DNA of 64,000 nucleotides from an uncultured Noviherbaspirillum sp. (GTDB lineage Bacteria; Pseudomonadota; Gammaproteobacteria; Burkholderiales; Burkholderiaceae_D): NCBI GenBank assembly GCA_966212445.1, contig CBIHRJ010000010.1, positions 28,672 to 92,671 of the forward strand, read 5' to 3'. Shown piece by piece: positions 61,054 to 64,000 of this stretch (position 1 is its first letter; each line of letters starts with the position of its first letter). The notes under the pieces were generated by a model. It saw only the letters and a program-made list of their open reading frames with translations, ran no database searches and was not told where the DNA came from. The position numbers and the translations under genes were made by a program.

Positions 61054-62640
61054 ATGCATCACGGTGCGCATGATCATCCCCGCAAGTACGACTTCATCGT
61101 CGTCGGCGGGGGCTCGTCCGGAGCGGTCGTCGCCGGCCGGCTGAGCGAGGATACGGAGCGGAGCGTGCTGTTGCTGGAGGCGGGGCCTGAACAGGCTGCG
61201 TCGGAAGAGGCGCTTTGCGCGGTTCGGAACGCCAACCAGGTTGCCGTCGTTCCCGGTCTCAACTGGAAAATTTCCAGCCGCATCAAAAATGATGCGCGCA
61301 GCGATGCGGGGATGTTCGATTACCAGGCCGGCAAGGTACTGGGAGGTTCTTCGGCGATCAATGCGGTCCAGGCATTGCGCGGCGCGCCGGACGACTTCGA
61401 CGAATGGGCCGTCGAATGCGGCAGCCAATGGGGGTGGCAGGCGGTGCTGCCGTACTATCGCGCTCTCGAAGACGATCGGATCGGTTCGGACACCCTGCAC
61501 GGGCGCGGCGGTCCGATACCGATCCGGCGCGAACGCAAGGACCAGCTCACGCCCTTGCAGGCAGGATTGATGGACGCATGCACTTCGCACGGCTTCGCCG
61601 AAACGGAAGACCACAACGATCCTGCAACGACCGGCGTCGGCATCATTCCAAAAAACGTGCTCGACGGTGTGCGCATCTCCGCCGCGGCGGCTTACCTGGC
61701 GCCGGCGCGCAGGCGACCCAATCTGACGATCGTCACTGGCGCGCACGCGACCCGTCTCGTCTGGGGAAGCGCGGGGCGATGCGACGGCGTGCAGGCCGAG
61801 ATCGCAGGACGGTCATGCGATTTTTCCGGCGACAAGATCGTCGTCTGTGCGGGCGCGATCAATACGCCGTCGCTGCTGATGCGCTCCGGGATCGGAAGTC
61901 CGGCGCTCCTTGAACCGCTGGACATCGCCGTAAAACTCCCGTTGGGCGGTGTCGGCAAGAACCTGATGGATCACCCGGTGGTGGGTATCTGGGGCGTGCC
62001 GAAACAGAATGCATGCGTTCCGGGCGAACCCTTGCGCCAGACCCTGCTGCGCTATTCCTCCAGCGATTCCGGTTATCGGGACGACATGCATGTCTGCATG
62101 ATGGCCGGGTTGAAGGTGGCCGATATGTTCCCGGCACGGGCATCGACTTCCGGCTTGTCGACAATCGCTGGATTGACGGTGTGTTTCAACAAATCGGCGT
62201 CGCGCGGATCGGTCCGTATTTCCTCGGCCGATCCGCATGCCAGGCCCGATGTCTCGCTCAACTGCCTGGGAGAAAAAGGCGACGTTGCGCCGCTCATGGA
62301 GGGCATCCGTCTGGCGTGGCGCTTGCTGCAGCATGCCGGCTTGCGTTCGCGTTTCGAGCAGATCCTTGCATGGACCGATGGCATGGTCGCGTCCGATGTC
62401 GCGCTGGAACGCGCCGTCATGACTTTTGTCCGGCCGGCGGCGCACTTCTGCGGCTCGGCCAGGATGGGACCGTCGCCCGACAGGGGAGCGGTGGTCGACG
62501 CGCAAGGCCGCGTTCATGGAACCGACAACCTGTGGGTAGCGGATGCCTCGATCATGCCGCGCATTCCCGGCGCGCCGACGCACCTGACCGTGCTCATGAT
62601 CGCCGAAAAGATCGCAGCCGGGCTGCGGGAGGGGCATTGA
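61054..62640 (+). CDS. GMC-family FAD-dependent oxidoreductase (choline/alcohol dehydrogenase-like)
   Basis: 528 aa from ATG 61054; the track ORF extends upstream in frame. The FAD ADP-binding fold is YDFIVVGGGSSGAVVAGRLSED. GMC blocks GKVLGGSSAINA and HFCGSARMG are present. Confidence 0.85.
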   Translation: MHHGAHDHPRKYDFIVVGGGSSGAVVAGRLSEDTERSVLLLEAGPEQAASEEALCAVRNANQVAVVPGLNWKISSRIKNDARSDAGMFDYQAGKVLGGSSAINAVQALRGAPDDFDEWAVECGSQWGWQAVLPYYRALEDDRIGSDTLHGRGGPIPIRRERKDQLTPLQAGLMDACTSHGFAETEDHNDPATTGVGIIPKNVLDGVRISAAAAYLAPARRRPNLTIVTGAHATRLVWGSAGRCDGVQAEIAGRSCDFSGDKIVVCAGAINTPSLLMRSGIGSPALLEPLDIAVKLPLGGVGKNLMDHPVVGIWGVPKQNACVPGEPLRQTLLRYSSSDSGYRDDMHVCMMAGLKVADMFPARASTSGLSTIAGLTVCFNKSASRGSVRISSADPHARPDVSLNCLGEKGDVAPLMEGIRLAWRLLQHAGLRSRFEQILAWTDGMVASDVALERAVMTFVRPAAHFCGSARMGPSPDRGAVVDAQGRVHGTDNLWVADASIMPRIPGAPTHLTVLMIAEKIAAGLREGH

Positions 62641-62642
62641 TC

Positions 62643-63404
62643 ATGCAGGAGCGCGGAAGTCTGCGGCGTTTCGGTGGCGGACCAGAGCCTTCGGTGCGGC
62701 TGGTGTGTTTCCCCTGGTGCGGCGCCGGCGCTTCGGTCTATCGCCGCTTCGCCGCCGGACTGCCGGACCATATCGAACTGCTCGCTGTGCAATTGCCGGG
62801 CAGGGAAGACCGCTTCGGCGAATCCAGACTGCGCCGTATGACCCATATCGTGGAGCACATGATGGAAGACCTGCTTCCGCTGTGCGACCGGACATTGGTC
62901 CTGTTCGGTCACAGCATGGGCGCACTGGTCGCCTATGAAACCGCGCTGGCATTGCGGGGGCGGATCGGACGCGAGCCGCATCTGCTGATCGTCTCCGGCC
63001 ATGATGCGCCGGCAGGCAGGAGTGACCGCGAGCAGCGGTGGCATATCGCCGGCGAAGAAGCATTCATCGAGAACCTGCGCCGGCTCGGCGGCACGCCGGC
63101 GGAAATTCTCGCGGATCGCCAAATGATGCGTGCGCTGATGCCGATGCTGCGTGCCGATTACGAAGCACTGGAAACCTATGCGCCGCAGCCGGCGCTGCCG
63201 CTGTCCTGCCCGCTGCTCGTGTGTGCGGGCGAGAACGATGGGGAAGTGTCACGCAATGGCATCGAAGCGTGGCGCGGATATGTCTCCGGAAAATGCCATG
63301 TGCAGCGGTTTGACGGAGACCATTTTTATCTGCATTCGCAGCCGCGCGTATTGACCAGGCATCTCGCGGCGTGGATTGCGGAGCTGGGATGTTCGGAAAC
63401 CTGA
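62643..63404 (+). CDS. Type II (editing) thioesterase
   Basis: 253 aa from ATG 62643, 3 nt after the oxidoreductase stop. It opens with VRLVCFPWCGAGASVYRRF. The nucleophile elbow is GHSMGALVAYE, and the C-terminal region has GDHFYL. Size and context are typical of NRPS TEII enzymes. Confidence 0.85.
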   Translation: MQERGSLRRFGGGPEPSVRLVCFPWCGAGASVYRRFAAGLPDHIELLAVQLPGREDRFGESRLRRMTHIVEHMMEDLLPLCDRTLVLFGHSMGALVAYETALALRGRIGREPHLLIVSGHDAPAGRSDREQRWHIAGEEAFIENLRRLGGTPAEILADRQMMRALMPMLRADYEALETYAPQPALPLSCPLLVCAGENDGEVSRNGIEAWRGYVSGKCHVQRFDGDHFYLHSQPRVLTRHLAAWIAELGCSET

Positions 63405-63458
63405 AAAATCAAAGCGTGCAGGACCGCAGGGTTTTGGAAATGAAAAAGGAGGTGAACG

Positions 63459-64000
63459 ATGCATAAATCAGTCTATCGCGTGTTTTTTTATCTGACGATC
63501 CTGGCGCCGGCGCTGGCGTACGCGCATTCGGAACATGAGGCAACCAGCTTCATGGGCGGATTGCTGCATCCCTTGCTGGGGCCGGATCATCTGCTGGCGA
63601 TGTTGAGCGTGGGGATCATCAGCGCGCTGATCGGCGGCCGCGCCATCTACTGGGTGCCGGGTGCGTTCGTGGCTTTCATGCTGGTCGGCGGCACGCTCGG
63701 CGTGCTGGGGGTGGCCTTGCCGCATGTCGAGCTGGGGATCGCGCTGTCGGTGCTGCTGCTGGGCGGCGGCATCGCCATGCCGCGCTTGTTCCCGGTATGG
63801 CTGACGATGTGCGTTGTCGCGTTCTTCGGCTCCCTGCACGGCAACGCGCATGGTGTGGAAATGCCGCAGTCCGCCGTGCCGGTGTTCTACAGTCTCGGCT
63901 TCATCGTCAGCACCGCATCGATTCACCTTGCCGGCGTCGGCATCGGCATGATTCCCTGGCTGCACTGGCGGAACCGGTTGCCGATGGGTGCGATGGGCAT
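63459..64000 (+). CDS. HupE/UreJ-family metal (Ni/Co-type) transporter, 3'-truncated by the window end
   Basis: It is absent from the ORF track because no stop is reached. AAGGAGG lies 6 nt upstream of ATG 63459. The translation begins MHKSVYRVFFYLTILAPALAYAHSEHEATSFMGGLLHPLLGPDHLLAMLSVG. It later contains FFGSLHGNAHGVEMP. HP..G.DH and HG.AHG are HupE/UreJ hallmarks. Confidence 0.8.
   Translation, partial: MHKSVYRVFFYLTILAPALAYAHSEHEATSFMGGLLHPLLGPDHLLAMLSVGIISALIGGRAIYWVPGAFVAFMLVGGTLGVLGVALPHVELGIALSVLLLGGGIAMPRLFPVWLTMCVVAFFGSLHGNAHGVEMPQSAVPVFYSLGFIVSTASIHLAGVGIGMIPWLHWRNRLPMGAMG

Overview
GC-rich proteobacterial accessory DNA. Protein families and gene order look Burkholderiales-like, but the taxon cannot be determined from the sequence alone. 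The window surrounds a plasmid/chromid-type replication and partition core. In order it contains: (1) the 3' part of an R64/PAPI-1-style type IVb pilus operon (1-6733). (2) Two tandem ~730-aa paralogues of unassigned family whose architecture resembles HrpF/NolX/PopF T3SS translocators (7016-11528). (3) A two-partner secretion pair on the minus strand, a 2261-aa FHA-like exoprotein plus its TpsB transporter (11678-20168). (4) A compact, rearranged Hrp2-like type III secretion locus with an adjacent LuxR-solo regulator (20675-34015). It has no secretin, ruler or gatekeeper gene, its sctR/S/T genes are scattered, and its SctU lacks the NPTH autocleavage motif. (5) An orphan GAF-PAS histidine kinase. 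(6) About 3 kb of lower-GC, ORF-poor DNA carrying a thrice-repeated 15-bp palindrome (candidate parS), iteron-like repeats and long hairpins. (7) parB-parA, an AT-rich spacer, 22-bp-phased iterons, and two paralogous Rep initiator genes separated by a 1.6-kb field of GGTGAG-core iterons. (8) An OmpR-type two-component pair. (9) A small lipopeptide-type NRPS cluster: FAAL-ACP, Cy*-A-T-TE, Cy-A-T-R, a membrane protein, a GMC oxidoreductase, a type II thioesterase and a HupE/UreJ transporter that runs off the window end. No rRNA, tRNA, CRISPR, transposase or integrase genes were recognised. Many long ORFs in the track are antisense or frame-shadow ORFs of real genes in GC-rich DNA and are not reported as features. 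All family calls rest on motifs read by eye, with no database search.
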